Notes under the pieces: generated by a model
The model's input: the letters and a program-made list of their open reading frames with translations, nothing else
Database searches by the model: none
Told to the model about the DNA's origin: nothing
DNA from: a virus
Length of the DNA stretch: 61,056 bases
Virus record (IMG/VR): IMGVR_UViG_3300027498_000004
Location: 1-61,056 of that record
Strand: one strand, 5' to 3'
Shown here: one piece after another, positions 28,479 through 37,827 of the stretch
How the letters are laid out: each line of letters begins with the position of its first letter
Position numbering within the stretch: the stretch's first letter is position 1
Position numbers and translations under genes: made by a program

Positions 28479-29184
28479 TTTTTTACTTTCATTCATATCA
28501 GTAAGCGCACAACAAGTAAGTGATGAGTGTGCAAACTGCTTCACATGTACACAGCTAATGCAGTGCTTCGGTGATGTAGTATGTGCCGACTGTGATGTAG
28601 AAAATGAAATACAAACTTTTTCTAGTCCTGGAGGCACAATTGTATTTAGCCAATCAGATCCATTAAATATAAAGATGGATGTTAATCTAGAATGCTGCGA
28701 AGTATTGTGTGCATCTACACCTGCGCTTGGAACGCAAGCAAGTATAAGTGGTGTAAATGTAGGTTCTCCATTTATAAGCGATCCCTTCAGCATAATTACA
28801 TTAGCAAATGCCAATTCTTGTGAAGCTGTTGCAGATATAGATATCGCCTTTCCAGATGTAGACATTATTTTAATTGATGCGTATGTAGAAGTTAGAGGTC
28901 AATATCAAATTTTAGTGAACGGAGCAGCAGTTGAGGGATGGGTAGATTCAAGAAGAATAAGATTCGATAGAAGAAGTGTTACAGGTGGGCCACACCCTAG
29001 ACAAACGCTTGGCAGTAATTTCAATATAGGAAAAATATATGTTGCTCCAGGAGATGTTATTCAAGTTCAACAAAGAGTTGTTGTGGTCAAATTAAATGAT
29101 AATAATGCCTTTGATGATATTATAAATATAGTCAATGGTCAATCAAAAATAAGTTTATATCCAAGGTTCATTTACGCAAAATAA
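28456..29184 (+). CDS. exported Cys-rich protein (signal peptide MRYIILFSFLLSFISVSAQQ)
   Basis: ORF track; signal peptide. Confidence 0.75.
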   Translation: MRYIILFSFLLSFISVSAQQVSDECANCFTCTQLMQCFGDVVCADCDVENEIQTFSSPGGTIVFSQSDPLNIKMDVNLECCEVLCASTPALGTQASISGVNVGSPFISDPFSIITLANANSCEAVADIDIAFPDVDIILIDAYVEVRGQYQILVNGAAVEGWVDSRRIRFDRRSVTGGPHPRQTLGSNFNIGKIYVAPGDVIQVQQRVVVVKLNDNNAFDDIINIVNGQSKISLYPRFIYAK

Positions 29185-29196
29185 AAATTACTTAAG

Positions 29197-31488
29197 ATGA
29201 AAAATAGAATATTTACAATAGTGCTTTTACTCTTTGCCTGCAGCTTAAGTGCTCAGAAGTTTGGAGTATCAGGTTTTGAATGCCATGTAAAAAAGAAAGT
29301 TACAAACTTTCAATGCTCAAGCTGTCCTACTGGTACTACAACTATGTGGTTAAACGGATTAGAGATTAAGAGACCTGGTCAAGGAAATGACTTCTTGCAA
29401 GCTCCAATATTTCTTTCTAAAGCAAAGGGAGGTAATGTTGTCTTAACTGGAAACGATGGTACATATACTGAGTTTAAGAAGCCTCAAGGCATGAGCTTCA
29501 ATGATATCAATGATGAAATTTGTGATTGCAATAAGGCTGTATTAGCTGGATTTGATCCAGATGAAGATCCAATGAATGAAATTCAAGCAGTCACATCTGA
29601 TGATGGGAGCATAACTGTCATACCTAACGGTATAGATTTTGATTTAAGTGTGAACTTTCCCGAATGTTTAGACTGTGATCCTACAAATGAAAATGTTATT
29701 GAAGTATCAATCACAGATGAAGATGGCGATGGTGTTTATGATGTTGTTATAACAAATGCAGATGGCACTACCGTAGATACTACTTTTGAAATTCCACCTA
29801 GTGTATTTGTTCCAGCATTTACTGAAGGAGTTTCAATAGGTGTGCATACTAATGGGCTTGGTGATGATGTAGAAGTATTTATTCCTGAGTGTTTAGATTG
29901 TGATCTTACTAACGAAATACAAAATATTTCATCTCCTGATGCAAGTATAATAGTAACTCCAAATGGGAATGATTTTGAAATAACAGTTCCAAGTGGAGGA
30001 GGTAACACTTCAAGTGTAAGTACACAAGTTGATGGAGATGGAAATACAATATACACACATGATGATGGTGATCCCGCTACACCTTCTGTCGATTGGTGTT
30101 TAGGAGGAAAACTTGTAGATCACTCTGGAGCAACTTTAGATTTAAATTGTAATGATATATTATTTAATGAAGATATTTCTTTAACAGATGATACAAATCT
30201 AAACACTCCAAATGGAATTGGTGTATCGGGTGCGGAATTTTCAGATAGTCCTATTAATGGGCATACAACCGAAACACGAATTGCAAACATAGTTTCAAGT
30301 AACGGTGATAATTCTGCTTTATGGTCCATCCTATCTGGTATAGCCAATGTTAATGCAGTAGGTGGAACAGGATCATTTGTAACTGGTACTGCCAACACAG
30401 TAGACGGTGCTTTTTCAATTACAGGCGGTCTATTAAATAATATGGCTGTTGGTAATGGTACTGCTCGAAGAGGCATATTATTAATGGGTAGAGCTAATAC
30501 AGTAAGTGGAACAGCTGGATATTCTCTAATTGGTGGAATTGCAAATATAGCAGCAGGCAATAGTAGAGGATCTATGATGGTGGGTAACACTAATATAAAC
30601 GAAGGTACATTTTCATCTATTCATGGTACTACGAATCAAAACAGGCCTGGTGGTGGTAACTCCTTAGTTGGCGGTTCTAGTAATATTAATGATGGTTTGC
30701 AGAATATAGTACATGGTACATTAAACGAGAACTATCAAAGGCAGTCTTTTGTAACAGGTGGATTTAATATTGTCAGTAGTAATAACGTGGCTGCTTTCCC
30801 AAATGGAGGTAATACATCAATTACTGCAGGACAGAGGAATATGCAATACTCGCAAGCTACTCTGATGGTTGGCGAAGATAACATTGCATGGGATGAATCA
30901 CCAAGATCAATAATTAGTGGTGCTTTAAATACTATCAAGTGTCAGGATTGTATTGTAACTGGTCAGAATAACGACTTGCCTTTTGATATGAGAAGAAGTG
31001 CAATCATAGGAGGTAATGATATTGAACCTCAAATTATTGAGGTTGATCAAGTTTACGTTCCACACTTACATATATGGGGAGGAAATGCTGCTCCTGGTAA
31101 TTCTACAGGCACAGCAGGTATGACAGGACCAAATGCTTATCCTGGAAATCCAACAGATTTATTAGCAGCTGATCCCAATGATGAATATGAAGTTAAAAAG
31201 GTAGCAACAGCAACATTGGGTATTGGATCAATGCGCAATACAAAAGAAAATATAAACCCCACTGGTGATGAACTTTTAGAATGGTTAAAATCAAGTGAAG
31301 TTGCATATTGGAATTATCTCGATGATGATATTAATCATGTTGGAGTGATGGCTGATGACTTCGGTAAGCTTGGATTGGGTACATCTGAAGAGACTATTTC
31401 TTTTGCAGATCAAATGGGAGTATTAATGGGTATAGTTAAGGCTCAACAAAAAGAAATCGAATTACTAAAACTTAAAATTAACGAATAA
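29197..31488 (+). CDS. tail-fibre-like protein with N-terminal signal/lipoprotein peptide and C-terminal S74 intramolecular chaperone domain
   Basis: N-terminus MKNRIFTIVLLLFACSLSAQ. Duplicated ECLDCD(P/L)TNE / NEIQ modules. C-terminus SMRNTKENINP...INHVGVMADDF...GIVKAQQKEIELLKLKI matches the endosialidase-chaperone pattern. Confidence 0.7.
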   Translation: MKNRIFTIVLLLFACSLSAQKFGVSGFECHVKKKVTNFQCSSCPTGTTTMWLNGLEIKRPGQGNDFLQAPIFLSKAKGGNVVLTGNDGTYTEFKKPQGMSFNDINDEICDCNKAVLAGFDPDEDPMNEIQAVTSDDGSITVIPNGIDFDLSVNFPECLDCDPTNENVIEVSITDEDGDGVYDVVITNADGTTVDTTFEIPPSVFVPAFTEGVSIGVHTNGLGDDVEVFIPECLDCDLTNEIQNISSPDASIIVTPNGNDFEITVPSGGGNTSSVSTQVDGDGNTIYTHDDGDPATPSVDWCLGGKLVDHSGATLDLNCNDILFNEDISLTDDTNLNTPNGIGVSGAEFSDSPINGHTTETRIANIVSSNGDNSALWSILSGIANVNAVGGTGSFVTGTANTVDGAFSITGGLLNNMAVGNGTARRGILLMGRANTVSGTAGYSLIGGIANIAAGNSRGSMMVGNTNINEGTFSSIHGTTNQNRPGGGNSLVGGSSNINDGLQNIVHGTLNENYQRQSFVTGGFNIVSSNNVAAFPNGGNTSITAGQRNMQYSQATLMVGEDNIAWDESPRSIISGALNTIKCQDCIVTGQNNDLPFDMRRSAIIGGNDIEPQIIEVDQVYVPHLHIWGGNAAPGNSTGTAGMTGPNAYPGNPTDLLAADPNDEYEVKKVATATLGIGSMRNTKENINPTGDELLEWLKSSEVAYWNYLDDDINHVGVMADDFGKLGLGTSEETISFADQMGVLMGIVKAQQKEIELLKLKINE

Positions 31489-31769
31489 TGAAATATTTAG
31501 CTGTTATAATTTTACTCGCAATTTCAACTATTGCATATTCTCAAACTGTGCAAGAGGTATGGGTACATAGTATTGACAATGAAGGATTTGAAGAAAAACA
31601 ATATCATGTATTTGATGAATCTAGAAAGTTGGTAGGTAAATTTTTTCCTTCTCAGGATAATGATGAGCAAACAAGAAAAAGAGCTGAAGACTTTGCGAAA
31701 AAATTTAAGCCTGTAATCATTAATGAAACAAAGCCTATTTTAAGAAAAAAGGAAACAAAAAATAAATAG
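31488..31769 (+). CDS. small exported protein (signal peptide MKYLAVIILLAISTIAYSQ)
   Basis: TAATG junction; signal peptide. Confidence 0.7.
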   Translation: MKYLAVIILLAISTIAYSQTVQEVWVHSIDNEGFEEKQYHVFDESRKLVGKFFPSQDNDEQTRKRAEDFAKKFKPVIINETKPILRKKETKNK

Positions 31770-31771
31770 TG

Positions 31772-32683
31772 ATGAGGTATCTAACTATAATATTTGTACT
31801 GCTGTCATTTAATCTTCACTCACAAGAGTTTTGGTATGAAGATTCAAACATAGGAGTAGCAGCAGGATTCCCCAACGACTTTGCAGAAATGTGGAGGCAA
31901 CCTTGTATGTGGCAAGATATTAGATCTAAGACTGATGTATACATGATAAGAGGTATTTCACTATCTAACTTTGTAAATCAATATGGTGAAAAGTTCTTAA
32001 CTGATACACTTGCAAAAGTATTGGTTGATAACGGGTTAAGTTTAGCAATTGATAATCCCCCATCCAACTTTGAGCACTTATATAACTTGCTGACTGGAGC
32101 TGGAGTTAATATCACACACATAGCAATACAGAGTGCCTTATCGAGACCGAGAGAGTTTTCTCCTAGATATAATCCTGAATTAGAACTTAGGATAGGAGAA
32201 GTTAAAAGTCAAATATTGCAGTTTGAGAAGTTTGCTCCTAATGCTCAATATGGAATTATAGATGCTCGTCCAACTAAAGGTTGGGATTATGAATATGCAT
32301 ACAGGAGACTCAAAAAAGTATTAAGAAATGGTGGAAGCAATCTAGATTTTATAATTTTAGATTGCCCTTACGGATTCCCTAAATATGGAAATAATTTGAC
32401 ATTTCAAACGCTCAAGAATATTGAGAGTTATGTTAAAGATAATTTGAATCTAAACTATGGATTCATTATTACTGACAACTTTGGTGGTAAACATTCAGAG
32501 CAAAGTTTTCATGATGGTGTACTAGATTATGGAAGAGATTGTATAGCTAACGGATTAAATCCCGACTATTACATTTTAATGTCTTGGTATGCTTATCCAA
32601 AAAATGCTCTACCAGAGAAACCTCTTAGAGGAGGATATTCAATGACAAAAACTGGCTTAGCCTTATTTGATATCCTTGATTAG
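31772..32683 (+). CDS. exported protein (signal peptide MRYLTIIFVLLSFNLHSQ)
   Basis: ATG at 31772 (the track uses GTG 31769). 303 aa; no catalytic motif recognised. Confidence 0.75.
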   Translation: MRYLTIIFVLLSFNLHSQEFWYEDSNIGVAAGFPNDFAEMWRQPCMWQDIRSKTDVYMIRGISLSNFVNQYGEKFLTDTLAKVLVDNGLSLAIDNPPSNFEHLYNLLTGAGVNITHIAIQSALSRPREFSPRYNPELELRIGEVKSQILQFEKFAPNAQYGIIDARPTKGWDYEYAYRRLKKVLRNGGSNLDFIILDCPYGFPKYGNNLTFQTLKNIESYVKDNLNLNYGFIITDNFGGKHSEQSFHDGVLDYGRDCIANGLNPDYYILMSWYAYPKNALPEKPLRGGYSMTKTGLALFDILD

Positions 32684-32885
32684 ATTAATCTACATACTGC
32701 CCTTTTTACTATATCCGAGTGATAACACAGTTTACTCACTTGATATAGTAAAAAAAGAGGGAGAACTTGTTTTGAGGTATGATAGTTATGGAATGTCGGA
32801 TGAGCAAGCAATGAAAATATATAGAGCTATGATTTGTGAAGAAATTGAATTAAAAAGAGTTCAACTAGAAAAATACGATAAGTGA
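32667..32885 (+). CDS. hypothetical protein with a hydrophobic N-terminus (TTG start, uncertain)
   Basis: ORF track only. Confidence 0.4.
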   Translation: MISLIRLIYILPFLLYPSDNTVYSLDIVKKEGELVLRYDSYGMSDEQAMKIYRAMICEEIELKRVQLEKYDK

Positions 32886-32899
32886 AAACGTTAAATACT

Positions 32900-32998
32900 A
32901 TGAACAGTTGTAAATCTCATGCTTGTAAGAGCAACAGGCTATTTTTTGTCAGCTGTGCATTGATAGTTTTTTCACTTATTATATTAGTATGTTTCTAA
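32900..32998 (+). CDS. candidate 32-aa single-TM peptide at the head of the lysis cassette
   Basis: ATG ORF MNSCKSHACKSNRLFFVSCALIVFSLIILVCF, too short for the ORF track. Confidence 0.3.
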   Translation: MNSCKSHACKSNRLFFVSCALIVFSLIILVCF

Positions 32999-33363
32999 CA
33001 ATTCATTTCACTTCAAATATGGTTGCAGTAATATTTGCTGGGATCGCTGGACTACTTGCTGCCTGGGCAAAGATAGAGAGTGCTAAAGCCGTAAAGGATA
33101 CCAGACAACTCACTGCATTAAAAGAAAGCAATGAAACGCTCATCAAGGTTAACGAGGATCTACGAAATACCTGTCATGATCTCATGGAGGACAATGCATC
33201 GCTGAGGGTGGCAATCAATAAGATGAAAGAATCCTTCGAGACGACAGAAAAGACACTGTTAGCAGAAATTGACCGTAAGGAAAACGTTATACAAGAGACG
33301 ATGAAAAAATATGAGACTTTAAAGCTTCGTTTCGATGCTCTCGAGAAGAAGTTGAACCAGTAA
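32989..33363 (+). CDS. membrane-anchored coiled-coil protein (lysis-associated, spanin/holin-accessory-like)
   Basis: N-terminal TM VAVIFAGIAGLLAAWA followed by a coiled coil. Alternative ATG at 33019. Confidence 0.6.
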   Translation: MFLTIHFTSNMVAVIFAGIAGLLAAWAKIESAKAVKDTRQLTALKESNETLIKVNEDLRNTCHDLMEDNASLRVAINKMKESFETTEKTLLAEIDRKENVIQETMKKYETLKLRFDALEKKLNQ

Positions 33364-33373
33364 ATTTTGAATC

Positions 33374-33637
33374 ATGAATGATTTTTTAGCTCCAATTATT
33401 GACAACCTAAAGGCAAGAAGCCCAAGGCTATTTTTATTCATACAGTTGATCCTGATGGGATTGTTGTATATCATTAATCAAGGTGCGGACCTCGGAGTAA
33501 TCGAGCTCACGCCAGTGATTAAACAAATAGGCACCTGGGTAAACTATGTGATCATCCTATTGATAGGTGGAACAGGATCGAGGACTACTCGATATGTCCA
33601 GATATCTCCTCCAGGAGAATCCAAACAAGCTGCATGA
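33374..33637 (+). CDS. holin-like membrane protein (2 TM)
   Basis: LFLFIQLILMGLLYII and WVNYVIILLIGGTG hydrophobic helices. Located just upstream of the endolysin gene. Confidence 0.55.
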   Translation: MNDFLAPIIDNLKARSPRLFLFIQLILMGLLYIINQGADLGVIELTPVIKQIGTWVNYVIILLIGGTGSRTTRYVQISPPGESKQAA

Positions 33638-33669
33638 TAATCTTTGTAACATAATTGTGAAATCTAAAA

Positions 33670-33701
33670 GGGGAATGACTGAGAGGCCATTTCCCTTTTT
33701 T
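33670..33701 (+). terminator. intrinsic terminator between the holin-like gene and the endolysin gene
   Basis: GGGGAATG (33670-33677) pairs with CATTTCCC (33688-33695; 8 bp including one G-U), followed by T6. An A4 tract lies upstream. Confidence 0.55.
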
Positions 33702-33714
33702 CAATAGAAGACCG

Positions 33715-34311
33715 ATGGGAAAGACTGTAATACTAGACAATGGCCACGCTGGAATGATTAATGGGAAGTATTCCACTCCTGGCAAGAGATCACCGAACTG
33801 GAGCAAAGGAGTGCTGTATGAGGGCGCATTCAATAGATGGATCGTCAACGGCATAATGCGGATCCTGGACAGGAATAAAGTGCCATACTACCATGTTAGT
33901 CCAGAGCTGCGAGATATTCAGCTACAGACCAGGGTAAGACGTGCAAATAAGATTTATAGCAATAACAGAGATACTTACCTATTGAGCATCCATGCCAATG
34001 CTGGAGGAGACACAGGAATAGAAGGATTCACTTCTCCTGGAGAAACCAGAGCCGACCATATAGCAGATACCTTCTTAAAGAACTTTGAAGCCAAGTTCCC
34101 ATCGATAAAGACCCGATTTGACTATTCGGATGGAGATCGCGATAAAGAGGCTGCATTCTACGTATTGCGAGAGACTTCTTGTCCAGCCTTCCTCTTCGAG
34201 TGTGGCTTTATGGATAACCAGGAGGATTACATGCTACTCACCGATCCAGAGTTCCAAGATATGACATCTGCAAACCTCGCAGGATCAATCATGGAGTTAT
34301 ATAATGGATAA
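33715..34311 (+). CDS. N-acetylmuramoyl-L-alanine amidase (Amidase_3) endolysin
   Basis: VILDNGHAG...LLSIHANAGG...AAFYVLRETSCPAFLFECGFMDN, the typical Amidase_3 pattern. Confidence 0.85.
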   Translation: MGKTVILDNGHAGMINGKYSTPGKRSPNWSKGVLYEGAFNRWIVNGIMRILDRNKVPYYHVSPELRDIQLQTRVRRANKIYSNNRDTYLLSIHANAGGDTGIEGFTSPGETRADHIADTFLKNFEAKFPSIKTRFDYSDGDRDKEAAFYVLRETSCPAFLFECGFMDNQEDYMLLTDPEFQDMTSANLAGSIMELYNG

Positions 34312-34395
34312 CCAGTTACATAAGGAAGGCGCAGTACTAAAGGATTCTATGCAAATATTGAAGGCTGAGTTACATAACCGTCACATAGCAATTAA

Positions 34396-34429
34396 CTATT
34401 GCATATATAAAATAGTTTTTGTACTTTAG
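34396..34429 (+). promoter_or_regulatory. early promoter, site A (TTG-N20-TACTTTAG) with a palindromic spacer
   Basis: CTATTGCATATATAAAATAG (34396-34415); -7-like box at 34422-34429. Upstream of recT. Confidence 0.55.
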
Positions 34430-34455
34430 ACCCATAATCAAAAAGGTAGAATATT

Positions 34456-35484
34456 ATGGCTAAAAGCAAAAGGAGAAGGAAAACTCCACCGAAACCGAGA
34501 CCCAATCCAAAGAATGGGCAAAAATCAACACAAGCGGTGGCAAAGGTCGCTCAAACGGTACAAACGGCTCCAGTCGCGTATAATTGGAACCTGACGCCAG
34601 AGAAGATCGAAACGTTGGTCACTGCGAATATCATCCCGAACGGCACACCAGAGGCGCAAATACACGTTTTCAGGCAAATTTGTGCAGCACGAGAGCTGGA
34701 TCCTTTCTCAAGAGAGATATATCTAGTGAAATATGGCAATAAGTACGAACCTATTGTTGGAATCATGGGATATCGTAACCTTGCCTTCAAGACTGGCGAG
34801 CACATGGGTACCAGCGATGCGGTCTACAATAAAAAGGGAGATGGTACTGGAATGACGGCATTTGAGATATCGGAGTCTGGAAAGCCTCCAAAATCAGCCA
34901 CTGTTACTGTAAATAAGCTCATTCATGGCAATATTGTTGAATTCACGCATACTTGCCTCCTCCAGGAGTTTGCGAAGTTCTACAATGGTCAATTGGCTGA
35001 TAAGTGGAAAACTATGACTTGCCAGATGCTCGCCAAGTGTGCGGAGGCTTTCGCCTTACGTAAAGCATGGCCTTCGATCTATGCTGGCACGATGATACCA
35101 GAGGAGCAGGGAGCCTATGAGAATGACAAAATCACCAAGCGTGTGAAGCTCAATGATAAGATCAATAAACCTGCAGAAGGGATAGAGGATGCAGTAGTGA
35201 TCGACTATGAGCCAGTTTTCAAAGCGATCAAGGATATAGATCCGCATGACGGGAGTGCAATGGAGCTGCTGGCGAAAACCTACAAAAAGGAATATCTGGA
35301 CAATGCCGACCTGGTGCGGTCCTTTGCAGCTAAGAAAAGGGAGATTATAACGCATATTGGAGAAACCCTGGAGGGGATAACTCGTAAATCAGACGTGGAG
35401 GAGTACTGGAAGGCGAATGAATACTGGCACACCGTAAAGGAAATCAAATCAGCATTCGAAGCGAAGCTGAATTCTTATAATTAA
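34456..35484 (+). CDS. recT: RecT/Bet-family single-strand annealing recombinase
   Basis: TPEAQIHVFRQICAARELDPFSREIYLVKYG...IVGIMGYRNLA and MLAKCAEAFALRKAWPSIYAGTMIPEE match RecT family hallmarks. Confidence 0.8.
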   Translation: MAKSKRRRKTPPKPRPNPKNGQKSTQAVAKVAQTVQTAPVAYNWNLTPEKIETLVTANIIPNGTPEAQIHVFRQICAARELDPFSREIYLVKYGNKYEPIVGIMGYRNLAFKTGEHMGTSDAVYNKKGDGTGMTAFEISESGKPPKSATVTVNKLIHGNIVEFTHTCLLQEFAKFYNGQLADKWKTMTCQMLAKCAEAFALRKAWPSIYAGTMIPEEQGAYENDKITKRVKLNDKINKPAEGIEDAVVIDYEPVFKAIKDIDPHDGSAMELLAKTYKKEYLDNADLVRSFAAKKREIITHIGETLEGITRKSDVEEYWKANEYWHTVKEIKSAFEAKLNSYN

Positions 35485-35507
35485 ATCAACAATTTAAAAC
35501 GTAAACG

Positions 35508-36476
35508 ATGGAAGTGGTACACACTAAAAAAGGTTATCAAGATACTAGTCTTGATTTGAAGCACAGAAAGGAGCTATTGATCAAAGATATCGAAGCTGGA
35601 AATATAACTCTTTCCTACAGTGCTATTGCAAGCTTCATGAATAGTCCTAAGTCATTTATTGACTACAAACTGAAGGAGCGAAAGGTGACCGATGCGATGA
35701 TATTCGGTAACCTGGTTCACTGTCTCATTCTAGAGCCCGACAACTTTGAAAAGTACTTTGCAGTAAAGAACTTCAGAGTACCGTCCAGTGAAAATCAAAA
35801 GATGTTTTCAGAGATGATGAGTCATGGTATGAGCCGAGAGGAAGCGTACATGAACAACTACAAGATCAGCAAGAAGCAAATGGAGGTCGGAGTAGCAAAG
35901 GAAGCTGCCGATCTGGAACAGAAGCTCGCCAATTATATCGAATACCTTTCCAAGCAAAACAATCCAGACTTTAGTATTGACTTTGTTACTCCAGAGAATA
36001 TCGAGGATGCGAAGAAGTACCAGGAGCTCGCCTTTACAAACAGGGCTTCGAAGTATGTATTGGACCAGGTAGATGATACAGAGATCAAGATCAAGTGGGT
36101 GTTCGATGGATATACCTGGAGAGGAGTTATCGATGGACATGGCGATTGCTATGCCGATTTGAAAATGATGGCCAACAATGCAAAGCCAAAGAAGGCACGA
36201 TACAAGATCCACGATATGGGATACCATCTGCAGGCTCCGCTGTATATCGATGGCTCTGGCTTCGGAGATAAGCCATACTATGTGATTGGTATGGATACAA
36301 CTTTCAATATTTCAGTGATAGAGCTTCATCAAAGCGTCCTGGATAAAGGAAGAGAAACGATCGACCACATAATGACAAACTTCAAGATGTGCACACTGGA
36401 CAATAGATGGGATGAGTCGTATGATTTCTGGGAAATGGACGACCGAGGTATTCACTTAATGCAGTACAACGACTAA
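35508..36476 (+). CDS. PD-(D/E)XK exonuclease (recombination partner of RecT)
   Basis: GNLVHCLILEP and DGHGDCYADLKMM (D...DxK). Adjacent to recT. Confidence 0.6.
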   Translation: MEVVHTKKGYQDTSLDLKHRKELLIKDIEAGNITLSYSAIASFMNSPKSFIDYKLKERKVTDAMIFGNLVHCLILEPDNFEKYFAVKNFRVPSSENQKMFSEMMSHGMSREEAYMNNYKISKKQMEVGVAKEAADLEQKLANYIEYLSKQNNPDFSIDFVTPENIEDAKKYQELAFTNRASKYVLDQVDDTEIKIKWVFDGYTWRGVIDGHGDCYADLKMMANNAKPKKARYKIHDMGYHLQAPLYIDGSGFGDKPYYVIGMDTTFNISVIELHQSVLDKGRETIDHIMTNFKMCTLDNRWDESYDFWEMDDRGIHLMQYND

Positions 36477-36478
36477 GG

Positions 36479-37168
36479 ATGGAACTATATAATATCATCA
36501 AGGATAAAAATTTGCTGTTAGATTTTATTGACTGGCTTCCAGACTTAAAGGAAAATGAAAAATACTATCTGTCTCTCTTTGCTAGAAGGAAGTACAATAA
36601 AGATCTAATCAAATCCAATGATAAAACCCAACTCAAGAGGTTTGTTAGTGATAAGCAGAGAATGTATGACAAGATTAGACAGCTTGAAATACCAAAAGGT
36701 CGTTGGCTTCTAAAGCTCACACCAGCTCCGCAGGATAGTTTAGTTTTATACATCTTACCAAATCCAAGATGTATGAAAAAAGCAACTTCCATGCTGGGTA
36801 AGAAATGTTGGGACTTATCTAGATCACACAATTACAATATTATAGCAGAGGCAACTTCATGTGTTCAGAAAAGCAAATCAAGAGCAGAATTTGTCGACTT
36901 TGATATTGATACAAAAGAAGTGCCAATTGATATTGACTGGCTTAATACAAGAGTGGGAGTTAATAGTTTTGAGGTGCTTGAGACTAAGGGAGGATATCAT
37001 ATTTTAGTGAAGCCTGCACTGGCTAAAGAACATTGTATTAGATATGAGCTGCCTCATAATTGGCATGGTGATATCTATGGAAAGTTTAAAGTTGATCAGT
37101 CTGGCGATCAAATGATTCCTGTTCCTGGATGCACTCAAGGTAATTTTACACCTAAATTTTTAAAATAA
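36479..37168 (+). CDS. putative AEP-type primase-polymerase catalytic domain protein
   Basis: FVDFDID (DxD), ETKGGYHILV (sGxGxH-like), KVDQSGDQMIPVPG (motif III-like). Weak, motif-only call. Confidence 0.4.
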   Translation: MELYNIIKDKNLLLDFIDWLPDLKENEKYYLSLFARRKYNKDLIKSNDKTQLKRFVSDKQRMYDKIRQLEIPKGRWLLKLTPAPQDSLVLYILPNPRCMKKATSMLGKKCWDLSRSHNYNIIAEATSCVQKSKSRAEFVDFDIDTKEVPIDIDWLNTRVGVNSFEVLETKGGYHILVKPALAKEHCIRYELPHNWHGDIYGKFKVDQSGDQMIPVPGCTQGNFTPKFLK

Positions 37169-37175
37169 AATCAAC

Positions 37176-37811
37176 ATGTTACAACGAATAATAATTCATC
37201 AAATTAAAGGCCTCGGCAATATTGTCAATCCTGAGAAAATACGAAAAGCGATCGCACACTTCATTGGTGCCTGCCTCTTCCTTCTCATGTTTTTCATGAT
37301 GGGTAATACGCCAGAGCCGAAACCGATCGAAGCTGAAGTGATACTGCCAGTTCAAAAGAAGAAGGAAACAAAAAAGGATCCTCGCATTCTGGCATACATA
37401 AAACGCTTTGATAAAGTAGCTGAAGCTGAGGAGGAGAAGTTCGGCATTCCGAAGAGTATCAAACTGGCTCAGGGTATACTAGAATCCAACTATGGTACCA
37501 GCTTCTTAGCAGACGCACACAATAACCATTTTGGGTTGAAGTGCTTCTCTAGAAAGTGTCAAAAGACGCACTGTGTCAATTTAACGGATGATAGCCATAA
37601 GGACTTCTTTAGGGCTTACAAATCTGCATGGGAGAGCTGGAGGGATCACTCACAATTCCTCAACGGTCCAAGGTATAAGCATCTTCATAAGATTCCAGCA
37701 TCAGACTACAAAGCCTGGGCAAAGGGATTGAAGAAGGCAGGCTATGCCACAGACAAGAAGTATGCGGATAAACTTATCAAAATAATCGAGCACTATGGTT
37801 TAAATCGGTAA
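37176..37811 (+). CDS. membrane-anchored glucosaminidase-domain peptidoglycan hydrolase
   Basis: N-terminal TM AHFIGACLFLLMFFMMG. IPKSIKLAQGILESNYGTSFLADAHNNHFGLKCF matches the FlgJ/glucosaminidase motif. Confidence 0.8.
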   Translation: MLQRIIIHQIKGLGNIVNPEKIRKAIAHFIGACLFLLMFFMMGNTPEPKPIEAEVILPVQKKKETKKDPRILAYIKRFDKVAEAEEEKFGIPKSIKLAQGILESNYGTSFLADAHNNHFGLKCFSRKCQKTHCVNLTDDSHKDFFRAYKSAWESWRDHSQFLNGPRYKHLHKIPASDYKAWAKGLKKAGYATDKKYADKLIKIIEHYGLNR

Positions 37812-37827
37812 AACCATACTATTCTCA

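Noticed and set aside
28428-28865. 145-aa minus-strand ORF.
   Set aside because: It lies entirely antisense to the signal-peptide-bearing 28456 ORF, which fits the operon pattern.
10387-29184. A diversity-generating retroelement or hypervariable target in the Cys-rich tail/fibre genes.
   Set aside because: No reverse-transcriptase-like ORF occurs anywhere in the window. I found no template/variable repeat pair.
34304-34429. 41-codon ORF overlapping the endolysin stop and promoter site A.
   Set aside because: It runs through the conserved promoter/operator motif and has no supporting signal.
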